Shown one piece after another: positions 11,501 to 20,770 of a stretch of DNA of 64,000 nt (within the stretch, counting starts at the first letter, position 1; each line of letters starts with the position of its first letter). The stretch is taken from the NCBI GenBank assembly GCA_043797105.1, contig JAZDPZ010000050.1:10623-74622 (forward strand). Reading direction: 5' to 3'. The DNA is from a bacterium. Its GTDB lineage: Bacteria; Cyanobacteriota; Vampirovibrionia; Gastranaerophilales; CAZEDP01. The position numbers were made by a program, and so were the translations under genes. The notes beneath the pieces were generated by a model that was not told where the DNA came from, made no database searches, and worked only from the letters and a program-made list of their open reading frames with translations.

Positions 11501-11625
11501 TAACTTCCTTGGCTTCTGAGATTGATCAAAAAAAAGGACTAGAACTAGGCGCAAATGCCTATATTACCAAAGGTGATTTTAATCAGGAAAAATTATTATC
11601 AACTGTTAAAAAGCTTATTGGATAA
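8503..11625 (+). CDS. cheA: Hybrid CheA kinase (Hpt-HATPase-CheW-REC)
   Basis: FREAHSIKGAA, HIIRNAIDHGIE, ISGRGVGLD, C-terminal VLVVDDS...TDVEMP. Confidence 0.95.
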   Translation: MDFLEEELEEIFNIFREESEEQIQKINQNLLKLEANPGDGAVIAELFREAHSIKGAARMIGLNDIQSLAHKIEDVFGLAKEGNLKIDAKVIDILCKTVDCIGSIVEKSIETKGAYHSPDVDEIIKQIEDIKQSTTSKKKKKNELKTIDEKIDKSIDKPYEPFCKKNADLISKIKKSLKELKECSSDTSVISELCKLISEMDNVVQATDNTYEIKELIQDIKVKLDGVVKGSGILIEVEIDEINEVFDSFMRNFDTELNTLKSNKRFNNKKQVKQETGKNQEDNDELKSNLDYISKNIILLNAEASGTSKIIATIIDKLKNSINTSVVIKEEVRKIFEKVLELVLFSKENNVKPNSEITEVIKQSFDTAVQMITNDITEDPNLIVQRLAILHQILKLSEPEEKSKKEQKTNLSPIRQKTEILPKGEIPLSKDINDDNYNKSTENTFENTAIKTLRVDTKKLDQLVSQIGELIIAKIKTKERLSEIEKIIRAIEDWYRELNKSRRFFRHLEKKPLKPNEMPSGTSSYSQNKSAYAFFEDSSARISNFKNQMSILYKSIQEDDAKLNLIVNELEERIKSIRVLPLATIFHMFPRMVRDIAREGNKDIELIISGSETSVDKKIIEEIKSPLIHIIRNAIDHGIEKPEIRIKNNKNPVGKIFLSAYHLENSVLIEIIDDGKGIDLESIKRKVLQKGLLTQAELKAMNDEQIMNIIFWPGFSTGEVVTDISGRGVGLDIVYTKITQLNGKVNIKSTIGEGCKVSVQLPVTMATIKSFLVSVNNQTFAIPTNAIKTALLIKPEDIFYKEGKETIIVDNKTVPIYKLSGILELPDQKNNENKIIVIIIQAEEMQVGFIIDKLLGDQEILHKNLTAPLLRVRNVAGVTTLGSGELCLILNINDLIKSACLNSGINKKQLIVKEKTENIKRNVLVVDDSVTTRILERNILRAAGYSVVVAVNGLDALTKILNDKFDLIVTDVEMPEINGFELTERLRQDDKFKDIPIILVTSLASEIDQKKGLELGANAYITKGDFNQEKLLSTVKKLIG

Positions 11626-11634
11626 AAATTTTTT

Positions 11635-12231
11635 ATGCTAAATACAGTTGGACAAAAAAGCATATATAAATTATTAAAAAAATATGAATTTGAACCTGAT
11701 CATGCTGATCAGGTTCAAAATTTATCTTTATTAATTTTTGATAAAACACAGGGTATATTGCATAATTTTTCTGTTTTTGAGAGAGATTTACTGGAAGCAG
11801 GAGCTCTTTTACATGATATTGGTTATTTTGTTTCAGGTATTGAGCATAATAAATATTCTTATGAATTAATAACTCAAGATGTTCTTGAGGGTTTTAATTT
11901 TGAAGAAAGAGAAATTATAGGAAATATTGCAAGATACCACAGAGGCAAAAAACCTCAAAAATCTCATAGTTGTTATGCTAAATTTGACAGAAAAACAAAA
12001 ATATTAATAAGAAAGTTAAGCGCGATTTCCAGATTAGCTGACGGGCTTGACAGATCGCACATATCAATAGTAGAGGATTTAGACTGCGTTTATGATTCTT
12101 TTTCACAAATTTTACACATTCTTATAAAATTATCTATTCCTGATTGTTCATCAGAAATATGGGCAGCTGAAAAAAAGAAAGATATGTTTGAAAAAGAATT
12201 TAAAGTTCAGGTAAAATTTAGGATTAAATAA
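11635..12231 (+). CDS. Stand-alone HD domain protein (Ppx/GppA C-terminal type)
   Basis: H...LLHDIG, ARYHR, RLADGLDRSH. Confidence 0.85.
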   Translation: MLNTVGQKSIYKLLKKYEFEPDHADQVQNLSLLIFDKTQGILHNFSVFERDLLEAGALLHDIGYFVSGIEHNKYSYELITQDVLEGFNFEEREIIGNIARYHRGKKPQKSHSCYAKFDRKTKILIRKLSAISRLADGLDRSHISIVEDLDCVYDSFSQILHILIKLSIPDCSSEIWAAEKKKDMFEKEFKVQVKFRIK

Positions 12232-12254
12232 AAAATAAAATCAGAGGTAAATAA

Positions 12255-13295
12255 ATGAATTCTATAAAAATTGTAATATCATCAAGAAGTATTATTCTGG
12301 TAATTCTTTTTCTTATATTAGTTTGGCTTATTTACCAGGCTAAAGATGTTATTTTGCTGCTTTTTGCTTCTTTTGTCATTGCAAGCGCTTTATCTCCGGT
12401 TGTTGACTGGTTAAGCAAAAAAATGCCAAGAGCTGTTGCTGTTTCAATAATCTATGTGTTAGGATTTATAATTCTGGCAACTATCTTAATTCCTCTTTGT
12501 ATGGTTTTAATTGAGCAAACTCAGGAATTTTTAAAACAAATACCCGTATATTTAAATGAAGTTGAAAGATTTGCGGATAAATGGCAAATAGTCAGCAAAA
12601 ATTTTGGAGTGTTTAATTTTTCACATATTCTTTCATATACTGCTAATCTAGGGGAAAACATTGTTAATCAGTCAATTAACATTACTATAAGCTTTTTTAC
12701 AGGTATAATAGCAGCATTTACTTTAGCTGTTATTGTTCTTTATCTTTTATTGGATAAACAGGAAGTAAAAACCGGTTTTTTAAAATTTTTTCCTGAAAAA
12801 ACAAGAGAAAAAACAGAATTTATTATAAATATAATCTCTAAAAAAGTCGGAGGATATGTCAGGGGACAATTATTGTTGATGCTTGCGGTAGGGCTTCTTA
12901 CAGCATTGGGATTATTTATTATCAGGATTGATTTTGCTCTTTTACTGGGACTGCTTGCAGCAATTTTAGAAATAGTTCCTATAATTGGACCTGTTTTATC
13001 TGCTATTCCCGCTATTATTATTGCGCTTGCCAAAAATCCCGTACTGGCTTTTTCAGTAATAGGCGTGTATTTTGTTGTGCAAAGAATTGAAAATAATTTT
13101 CTTACTCCTTTAATACTTGGAAAATTTTTGGATATGCATCCTTTGATTATTATTATAGTTTTGCTATTAGCCGCAAGCACACTGGGTATTATAGGAGTTG
13201 TTTTAGCTCCGGCTATAGCCGCGGCTGCCTATGTTTTAATTCAGGAACTTTATTTAAATAAAATTAATCAAAAAAAAGATATAATTGAGCTATAA
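12255..13295 (+). CDS. AI-2E family transporter
   Basis: Multi-TM; GYVRGQ, VPIIGP, QRIENNFLTP, MHP. Confidence 0.9.
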   Translation: MNSIKIVISSRSIILVILFLILVWLIYQAKDVILLLFASFVIASALSPVVDWLSKKMPRAVAVSIIYVLGFIILATILIPLCMVLIEQTQEFLKQIPVYLNEVERFADKWQIVSKNFGVFNFSHILSYTANLGENIVNQSINITISFFTGIIAAFTLAVIVLYLLLDKQEVKTGFLKFFPEKTREKTEFIINIISKKVGGYVRGQLLLMLAVGLLTALGLFIIRIDFALLLGLLAAILEIVPIIGPVLSAIPAIIIALAKNPVLAFSVIGVYFVVQRIENNFLTPLILGKFLDMHPLIIIIVLLLAASTLGIIGVVLAPAIAAAAYVLIQELYLNKINQKKDIIEL

Positions 13296-13318
13296 AATTT
13301 TTGATATAACATTAAAGA

Positions 13319-15433
13319 ATGGATGAAATTTTAACAAGCTTAAATATTCCTCAAAAAGAAGCTGTAACGAGTTTGGACGGCACTTTGCTGGTATTAGCCG
13401 GAGCAGGTAGCGGTAAAACAAGAGTTTTAACCAGTAGAATAGCTCATCTTGTTTCAAATGGAGTTTATCCGGCTGAAATTTTTGCTGTTACATTTACCAA
13501 TAAAGCAGCTAAAGAAATGAAACAGCGGATTATAAATATTCTTGGTGAAAATACCATAAAAAATCTTTGGATTGGAACTTTTCACAGTATATGCGGCAGG
13601 ATTTTAAGACAGGAAATAGAAAATTATAAAACTGAAGATAACAGAAGCTGGCAACGTAATTTTGTAATATTTGATCAAAATGACACTCTGAATCTGATTA
13701 AACAGGCTATTAAAATTGAAGACCTTGATGATAAGACATATCAGCCCCAAAATGTGCAAAATATTATTAGCATGGCAAAAAATAAAATGATGGATGCTTA
13801 TAAATTCGCTACTTATGCGCGGGATTTTAGAAGCGAAAATATTGCCAGGGTCTTTGATACTTATGAAAAATTGCTTTCCACAAATAATGCTCTTGATTTT
13901 GATGATTTGCTTCTTACTACTGTAAATTTACTTAGCAAATCTACAGAAATATTACAAAAATATCACTCCAGATTTAAGCATATTTTGGTTGATGAGTTTC
14001 AGGACACCAATCTGGTTCAGTATAAACTTATAAGTATGCTATACAATGGCAGTAACAGCAGCAATGATAGCAACAATAATAACGAAAATAATACTTTACG
14101 AGAAGAAAGAAGTTTATGCGTTGTTGGTGATATAGATCAGTCAATTTATAGCTGGAGAGGAGCTGATTATAAAATTCTTCTTAATTTTCGAAAAGATTTT
14201 CCGGATGCCAGCCTCATTAAACTTGAGCAAAACTATAGATCTACAGAAAACATCCTTGAAGCTGCCAATCATATAATCATAAATAACAGGGAAAGACTAG
14301 CTAAAAATCTTTATACTACCAAAGAAAAAGGGGATAAAATTTTATGTTTTGAGGCTGATGATGAAGCAGAAGAAGCTCATTATATTGTAAATAAAATAGA
14401 AAAACTAAAATCCAAAAACTATAATTATAGTAATTGTGTGGTTTTATACAGAACAAATGCGCAAAGTCGCGCTATAGAAGAAGCTTTTATGGCAAGAAGT
14501 ATTCCTTATTCAATGATAGGCGGAGTCAAATTTTATGAGAGAAAAGAAATAAAAGACTTAATAGCTTATTTAAAGGTTATTTATAACCAGAGTGATTCTC
14601 AAAGTTTAAAAAGAATTATAAATGTGCCAAGAAGATCTATAGGTCAAACTACTCTTAAAAAGATTGAAGAAATTTCAGTAAAAGAATCTGTATCTTTCTT
14701 TTCAGCTATTGAAAGAGCTGGAAATTATTCTATATTTACTTCAAAAATAATAAAATCCCTGAATAGTTTTATTCTTTTAATTAATAAATTAAAAGAAATT
14801 AGCAATAAAATAGCTTTAAGCAAATTTATCGCCCTATTAATAGAAGAAATAGGTTATTTAGAAGAATTAAAAGCTGAAGCTACAGAAGAAGCAAATAACA
14901 GAATTGAAAATATTTATGAATTTATAAGTGTTGCAAGAGAATACGAAGATTTTGGTTCAGGCGAGCTGGGAGAATTTTTAGCTCAGGTCTCTCTTGTCAG
15001 CGATATTGATACTCTTGGCGAAAACTCTGAAAATGTTACTTTAATGACTCTCCATGCCGCAAAAGGATTAGAATATCCGATAGTATTTTTGGCAGGACTT
15101 GAAGATGGAATTTTTCCGCATATGAGGTCTTTAAATAATCCTTCTTCTATGGAAGAAGAAAGACGTTTAATGTATGTAGGAGTAACAAGAGCCGAAGAGC
15201 TATTATATTTAACCTATACTAAAAGACGACTTATTTATGGGGATTATAAATATAATATACCAAGCAGATTTTTAAAAGAAATTCCTCAACATCTTTTAAT
15301 TACTAAACAATCTCAAAACTCTGCAAAAAAATTGAATGTCTCAACTAAACCAAAATTTATGGGTCACGATCAGCCTATAGATTATTCAACCACATTTGGT
15401 AAAAATTTCGTAGCGCCAAAAATTCAAAGATAA
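13319..15433 (+). CDS. pcrA: UvrD/PcrA DNA helicase
   Basis: AGAGSGKT, VDEFQDTN, LEQNYRS, HAAKGLE, EEERRLMYVGVTRA. Confidence 0.95.
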   Translation: MDEILTSLNIPQKEAVTSLDGTLLVLAGAGSGKTRVLTSRIAHLVSNGVYPAEIFAVTFTNKAAKEMKQRIINILGENTIKNLWIGTFHSICGRILRQEIENYKTEDNRSWQRNFVIFDQNDTLNLIKQAIKIEDLDDKTYQPQNVQNIISMAKNKMMDAYKFATYARDFRSENIARVFDTYEKLLSTNNALDFDDLLLTTVNLLSKSTEILQKYHSRFKHILVDEFQDTNLVQYKLISMLYNGSNSSNDSNNNNENNTLREERSLCVVGDIDQSIYSWRGADYKILLNFRKDFPDASLIKLEQNYRSTENILEAANHIIINNRERLAKNLYTTKEKGDKILCFEADDEAEEAHYIVNKIEKLKSKNYNYSNCVVLYRTNAQSRAIEEAFMARSIPYSMIGGVKFYERKEIKDLIAYLKVIYNQSDSQSLKRIINVPRRSIGQTTLKKIEEISVKESVSFFSAIERAGNYSIFTSKIIKSLNSFILLINKLKEISNKIALSKFIALLIEEIGYLEELKAEATEEANNRIENIYEFISVAREYEDFGSGELGEFLAQVSLVSDIDTLGENSENVTLMTLHAAKGLEYPIVFLAGLEDGIFPHMRSLNNPSSMEEERRLMYVGVTRAEELLYLTYTKRRLIYGDYKYNIPSRFLKEIPQHLLITKQSQNSAKKLNVSTKPKFMGHDQPIDYSTTFGKNFVAPKIQR

Positions 15434-15489
15434 GTCTTTAATAATATTACAAATTGTAAATAAATATATTATTTTAATATAACAAATAA

Positions 15490-15521
15490 GCAATTTTTAT
15501 TTATTATTTGTTTTTATATAT
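15490..15521 (+). promoter_or_regulatory. Shared bipartite upstream motif RCAATTTTT...GTT(T)nTATA (also at 18388, 55175, 57247)
   Basis: Four copies with a 20/21/20/20-nt offset between half-sites, each upstream of a + strand gene lacking a signal peptide. Confidence 0.5.
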
Positions 15522-15588
15522 TTGGTAATGCAAAAAACTATAAAAGCAAGTAAAGTTTAATATATTTTATCGAGTAAAAGATTTTCTC

Positions 15589-15673
15589 CTGTTATTGTGA
15601 AAAAAGCGAAGCAATTTCAAGAGTGTATGATTATGCGGATCGCCACGGCTATTACGTAGTCTTGCGATGACAA
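15589..15673. repeat. Inverted pair of REP-like hairpins
   Basis: 15637-15673 is a near reverse complement of 55301-55337; 15590-15616 is a degenerate reverse complement of 44997-45024. Confidence 0.8.
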
Positions 15674-15779
15674 CTCGTTAATATTATTTAGATTACAAAA
15701 TAGTATAAAATATTATGGATGGGATATTTTGCATAGATATTTATAATAAATATCTATAAAACAGAGGAGGGAAAATTTT

Positions 15780-16196
15780 ATGTATATTAATCCTTGGCAG
15801 CCACAGCCTTATGGTCAGCCATACTCCTATAATGATATTATTTTTGGAAGTTCTAGAAATGATAGAATTTTTGGAGGATACGGAAACGATCAGCTTTTTG
15901 GATGCTGTGGCAATGACCAGCTTTTTGGAGGTCTCGGTCAAGATGTCCTTTATGGGGGACAAGGTAATGATTATCTTGTAGGAGGACAAGGTCGGGATAT
16001 TTTGATAGGCGGTTCCGGATATAATCGAATTTATGGAGGACAAGGGGATATTATTATAGCTGACTATAATGATCAAGTCAAAGCATCATGGGGATCTCGA
16101 GTTTTAAGATTGCCTACTTACATTGTAGACCAAATAGGAAGAATGTTTGAAATTATGGCAGCAAGTAAACAAAGATGTAATTATGGCTATAGATAA
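15780..16196 (+). CDS. Small RTX/hemolysin-type Ca-binding repeat protein
   Basis: About eight nonapeptides such as GGYGNDQLF, GGQGNDYLV, GGQGRDILI; strong RBS upstream. Confidence 0.85.
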   Translation: MYINPWQPQPYGQPYSYNDIIFGSSRNDRIFGGYGNDQLFGCCGNDQLFGGLGQDVLYGGQGNDYLVGGQGRDILIGGSGYNRIYGGQGDIIIADYNDQVKASWGSRVLRLPTYIVDQIGRMFEIMAASKQRCNYGYR

Positions 16197-16243
16197 GGTT
16201 GTAAATTTAAACGGAAACCTTAAAATGTAGCTTAACCACCCTT

Positions 16244-16792
16244 TTACCAGGGTTCTTTTGAAATTCCGATTTTATATCCTATTATATTTACTATTAAATG
16301 TAAAATTGGAGTTAAAATAATTGCAGTTAAAATAATTTCTAAGGAAAAGTTTTTTTGAAACCAGGCATTTGAAAAAATTATTGTAAATATCCATGCACCT
16401 GCAACAAAATCAAGTTGATCAACAAGAGGAAAAGATTGCCCCCTTGTTAATCCTAAACGTCTTTTAAAAAAACTTGCCGTTAAATCTCCAAGCATAGCGC
16501 CGACAGGAAGAGTTATAATTGAAGCATAATTAAATTGAGGCATAGATTCGTTTAAAAATAGTTTATTTATGAAATTTTGAAGAATTGCTATAAATATTCC
16601 GAAGAAAATACCGGAGAATAATCCTTTATAGGTTTTCCCATCACCTAAAATTCTTTTGTTTTTATAAAATTTTCCAAAATCAATAGGCTTTCCGGTTCCT
16701 GTTTTAGCAACACTTATGGCTGCTGCCGGATTTGATAAATAAGCAGGGAGCATAAGCCATAGCATTTTGATAATAACAGCAAAAATTTCCAT
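16244..16792 (-). CDS. carS: CDP-archaeol synthase family (CarS/DUF46) cytidylyltransferase
   Basis: LPAYLSN, RILGDGKTYKG, GDLTASFFKRRLG, DQLDFV, C-terminal GYKIGISKEPW. Confidence 0.88.
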   Translation of the reverse strand: MEIFAVIIKMLWLMLPAYLSNPAAAISVAKTGTGKPIDFGKFYKNKRILGDGKTYKGLFSGIFFGIFIAILQNFINKLFLNESMPQFNYASIITLPVGAMLGDLTASFFKRRLGLTRGQSFPLVDQLDFVAGAWIFTIIFSNAWFQKNFSLEIILTAIILTPILHLIVNIIGYKIGISKEPW

Positions 16793-16864
16793 AAGCCATT
16801 GTCCAGAATGATTAGTAACCTACGCAGAGACGCCTCCCCTCTCCTGTTTTGTAATGATTAGAAG

Positions 16865-16887
16865 CCTAAGAATGTGCCTTAGGCACT
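16865..16887. repeat. 23-bp palindromic repeat, second copy at 51282-51304
   Basis: cctaagaatgtgccttaggcact vs cctatgaatgtgccttaggcact (22/23 identical). Confidence 0.75.
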
Positions 16888-17955
16888 AACGTTTGCAAAT
16901 CCATACAATGAATCCGGCAAACCGCTTTCTCTAAAAGAAAGTTTTGTAATTTCGGATTCAATTTTATGGCTTTTATTAAAAATTATTTTATTAAGTCTAT
17001 CAATATTTGATTTTTCCATATTCAAGATTGAAATTATTTTATTTAATTCATCATTTGCGCATATTAAAAAATTTGAATTATTTACAGAATTACAGCAGCT
17101 AAGCATATAGTTTATCTGAAAAATAGTTTTATAATTTTCTAAAGAATCAATATCTCTTTCTATAAATTCAAATTCTTGATTATTTATTAAAGTACTAGTT
17201 AAATTTAAGGATTTATTTTTTATTTTTATAAGTTCGATAATATATTTTTTATCAAAATTAAGTTTATCTTTTGTAAAAAATTCTGTCTGTTCGAGTAAAT
17301 AATCTAAATACTGAATTTCAGATGAATGTTTATTAGAATTTATACTGAATTTAATAAAAGCATCTTCCATTAAACATTCTTGCTGAGTAATATTTGTCAT
17401 TTGAAATTTAGAACTTTTATAATTATTTAAATTTGCTATTTTATGCACGGATAAATTTTCTATATCCGATGTAACTTCCAGTGATATATTTATATTTTCA
17501 ATATATTGCAGATTTTCTGTTAGTCTTTTATCAATGTTTGAAAGAAAATTCTCAATAAAATATCTTGAAATATTTTTTTTATAGATATTTTGTCTGTTGC
17601 AATATGTTGAAATATTATTAATATAGGTTAATTCCTGCTCAATAAAATCCAATTCCCTTTCTATAAAAAGATTAAACTCATCTTTTCTTTGTTGAATATA
17701 TTTATATAAAATAGCTTTTTTAAAAAGATTTTTTATATAATCAGCAGGTATTACGGGTTTATTATTCAAATCTTTTTGAAAAGACTTATAATCTGTTATT
17801 TTTTGAATATCTGTATTTTCTATCCAATATTGACTAACATTTTCAAGAAAACCTTTATTCAAAAATCCTTTAGAATTTAACCATTTTTTAGTATATTGAT
17901 AACTTTTTTTCCTTGCATATTGGATAAATTCTTGAAGAAGTTCTATTTTTGCCAA
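16879..17955 (-). CDS. Hypothetical helical protein
   Basis: 358-aa ORF with no recognised motif; start uncertain. Confidence 0.6.
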   Translation of the reverse strand: MAKIELLQEFIQYARKKSYQYTKKWLNSKGFLNKGFLENVSQYWIENTDIQKITDYKSFQKDLNNKPVIPADYIKNLFKKAILYKYIQQRKDEFNLFIERELDFIEQELTYINNISTYCNRQNIYKKNISRYFIENFLSNIDKRLTENLQYIENINISLEVTSDIENLSVHKIANLNNYKSSKFQMTNITQQECLMEDAFIKFSINSNKHSSEIQYLDYLLEQTEFFTKDKLNFDKKYIIELIKIKNKSLNLTSTLINNQEFEFIERDIDSLENYKTIFQINYMLSCCNSVNNSNFLICANDELNKIISILNMEKSNIDRLNKIIFNKSHKIESEITKLSFRESGLPDSLYGFANVSA

Positions 17956-18274
17956 TACTTCATAAAATTTTTTTTTCTTTAATTATGTAAACTTTTTTAG
18001 AATGTATAATCGGGGGGATTAAACATTCAGTTTTATCTTGAATATGAATAGGAGAAAGAAAATAACAATATAAATCTGACATAAAATACTTTCCAAAATT
18101 TTTAACAAGAATATAATTTTGTCTCTTGGTAAACTATATTTCAAGTAGTAAAGTAGCTAATAAAATATTGCCCAACTAAACTAAATATTAATATATAAAA
18201 ATTTTTTCTAACTTATTATTGAGTAAAATTTAAAATATAAAATTACGGTATTTTCGGTTTTTTTAAATTTTTTC

Positions 18275-18304
18275 AAAAATCTGAAAAATCTGAAAAATCT
18301 GAAA
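18275..18304. repeat. 9-bp tandem repeat (aaaaatctg x3)
   Basis: Read directly from the intergenic region. Confidence 0.8.
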
Positions 18305-18464
18305 TTTGTTTATTTTCAAGCATACTAGCTAATTGCAGGTTTTAAAAATTAAATTACAAAGAATTGTAAATTTTTTTTGATTTATTAGCAATTTTTTTCC
18401 TTGAGGCAGTTATATATTTTGGGTCATTATAGAGAGTATTTCTTGGAGGTTAAGTAAGAAGTAT

Positions 18465-20456
18465 ATGATTAGTATTGCGTTAGGAAAAATTCCACGGGGT
18501 CAGGAAAAATTTTGTGCATCTAAAGCTAACAATAATTCAAATATTAAATTTGGAAGGGCTTTTACAGATGGAGAATTTAAACAATACAAAGAAGTAGTTT
18601 ATGATGCGTTTGAAAAACTTAAAGATGAAAAACTTGGAAGTAATAATTTTACTGCAATTTTATTTGATTCAAGCTGTCCTTCTGATCCTAATAAAAATAC
18701 AGGCATAGGCACAACTTTTTCTGATTATTCCCTGAAATTTTTAAAATTCATGAAGGATATGTTTGCGGTTGATACTGTGCAGGTTGGTCCACAAGGTGAA
18801 TTATCTCCGGGCATTACTTCTCCTTATAGCGGTTCATCCTTTTCTTTGGGTAAACATCTGATTGATCCTTTTAAATTAACAACAAAGGAATATGGTGAGA
18901 TTCTTAATAAAAAGATTGTCGACAATATTGTCAAAGAAAATCCAAACAAAACAACAAACAGAGTTCCTTATAATTATGTTTTAAAGAAATATGACGAAGC
19001 TTTAAATGAAGCTTACAAAGGCTTTAACAATTTATCTGAAAATCATAAATTAAAACAAGCTTTTAAAGACTTTAAAGAAAAAAATAATAGCTGGCTGGAA
19101 AAAAATTCTATATACCAGGCTCTTTCAAGAAAATATGGAACTGATTTTTATCCTAATTGGCAGGGAGAAAAAGCGCATATAGATAAAAATTTATATGGTG
19201 ATCTCAAAGGTACTGATGCAGCTAAACAAAGAATAGCTGAAATAAAGCAAAAACATGCAAATGAAATTAAATTTAATGAATTCTGTCAATTTATCGCAGA
19301 TAAACAACAGAAAGAATCAAAACAAAATATTAATAATATTTATAAAACTAAAGATGAACTATCTATAGATAGAGAGAAAAATAAAAAAATGGATATAGCA
19401 GGTGATTTTTTAATTGGAACTTCACCTATGGATGAATGGTCAAATAAAAAAGCATTTAATCCAGGTCATTTTCTTGGTGCTATGGATAATGGTAAAAATC
19501 AGTATTGGGGCTCTCCTGCATTTAAACATAATGAAATCGGTACTTATGATAATCCAGGAGAATCAGGAAAATTCGTAAAAGATAAATCTGATTTGTCCCA
19601 TGAAAGATATGATAGTGAACGTTTGGATGCGGCATGGCAGTGGATAACTCCATGGATATATAAAACTGACGAAAAAAATAGAGATAAGCCTTTACATGAG
19701 GATGGAAATTACTGGCATAATGCAGGAAACCAACTCATGAATATTATTTTAAAATCAGCTAAAAATAAAGGTGTAGATCCAAATAAAATAACTCTTGAAA
19801 ATTTAGGTTTAGGATTGCCAACACAAGAAATTAGAAATGTTCTGGATAATCTTTATATAGACGGAAAAAAAGCAACTCCGCTGGAAGTAATGCTTTCCAG
19901 GTATGGAGATACTGTTTCAAAACGTCCGCCTAATAGAAAAATATTTACGCCGAACTGTCACGACCAGGAACCAATAATAGAAGTATCAAGAAATCAGGAT
20001 ATAAGAAATAATCAGGCAAATGGTCTTGCTGCTGATCTTAAATTAAATCCTGATGAATTAAGGAATAATGAAGAAAAATTTAGAAAAGCTAAGCTTGCTC
20101 AGCCATTTTTGTTAGAAAATAAAATGTTGACAGCTTATGATATGTTTGGAATGGGAGAAAGATTTAATACACCCGGCACTTCTTCGGATAATAACTGGAC
20201 TTTAAGAATGCCCGGTAATTATGAAGAATTTTATCATAGGCAGGTTGCAAATGGTTATGGATTAAACCTTGCTGAAGCATTAGAAATGGCGCTCAAAGCA
20301 AAATCTCCAGGTCAAAATAATGAACTCATTCAAAAACTTGACAGAGCTGCCAATGTGCTTAAAGAAAAGAATCTATCTATATTTACAAGAGAAACGGCTA
20401 ATAATAAATTAGGAAAGGATAAAACTCTTTTTAGGGAGCTTAACAAACTTTCCTGA
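18465..20456 (+). CDS. malQ: 4-alpha-glucanotransferase (GH77 amylomaltase), divergent
   Basis: SPYSGSSFSLG, QYWGSP, RLDAA, LENLG, CHD and RFNTPGTSSDNNWTLR match GH77 motifs and catalytic positions. Confidence 0.82.
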   Translation: MISIALGKIPRGQEKFCASKANNNSNIKFGRAFTDGEFKQYKEVVYDAFEKLKDEKLGSNNFTAILFDSSCPSDPNKNTGIGTTFSDYSLKFLKFMKDMFAVDTVQVGPQGELSPGITSPYSGSSFSLGKHLIDPFKLTTKEYGEILNKKIVDNIVKENPNKTTNRVPYNYVLKKYDEALNEAYKGFNNLSENHKLKQAFKDFKEKNNSWLEKNSIYQALSRKYGTDFYPNWQGEKAHIDKNLYGDLKGTDAAKQRIAEIKQKHANEIKFNEFCQFIADKQQKESKQNINNIYKTKDELSIDREKNKKMDIAGDFLIGTSPMDEWSNKKAFNPGHFLGAMDNGKNQYWGSPAFKHNEIGTYDNPGESGKFVKDKSDLSHERYDSERLDAAWQWITPWIYKTDEKNRDKPLHEDGNYWHNAGNQLMNIILKSAKNKGVDPNKITLENLGLGLPTQEIRNVLDNLYIDGKKATPLEVMLSRYGDTVSKRPPNRKIFTPNCHDQEPIIEVSRNQDIRNNQANGLAADLKLNPDELRNNEEKFRKAKLAQPFLLENKMLTAYDMFGMGERFNTPGTSSDNNWTLRMPGNYEEFYHRQVANGYGLNLAEALEMALKAKSPGQNNELIQKLDRAANVLKEKNLSIFTRETANNKLGKDKTLFRELNKLS

Positions 20457-20562
20457 TCCCCATACAAATTAGATTTATAAAATATATTTTGAATGGAGGA
20501 TTGTATTATTGGAATCTCCCTTCAAAGTAGAGATTTAGCAAAGTAAAAAAAACTTGAATAAA

Positions 20563-20599
20563 AAGCCCTCCTCATGTATATGTATACTAAGGAGGGCTT
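20563..20599 (-). terminator. Intrinsic terminator-like hairpin between convergent genes
   Basis: aagccctcct...aggagggctt with a T-run on the minus strand; a second hairpin lies at 20488-20526. Confidence 0.65.
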
Positions 20600-20641
20600 A
20601 ACATTGATAAAATCTTTATCAACGCTAAATAAAATGTTAAA

Positions 20642-20765
20642 TTAGAAATTTAGCAAGCAAGTTTTTGTAGTAAACGCTCATGGGATTCTTCGAGCTAAGC
20701 CCTCTGAATGACAAGTTATATGCTGAAATCCGGTAAATTCATTTTTTGCTTGTTAAAATCTCTAG
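20642..20765. repeat. REP-like hairpin (20672-20721) inside outer inverted repeats
   Basis: The core reverse complement matches 44874-44896 plus 44965-44989; outer arms ttagaaatttagcaagcaa / ttgcttgttaaaatctctag. Confidence 0.75.
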
Positions 20766-20770
20766 TTTAT

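Noticed and set aside
14044..14093. Asn/Ser-rich insert in PcrA
   Set aside because: In-frame low-complexity loop; no intein or mobile-element features
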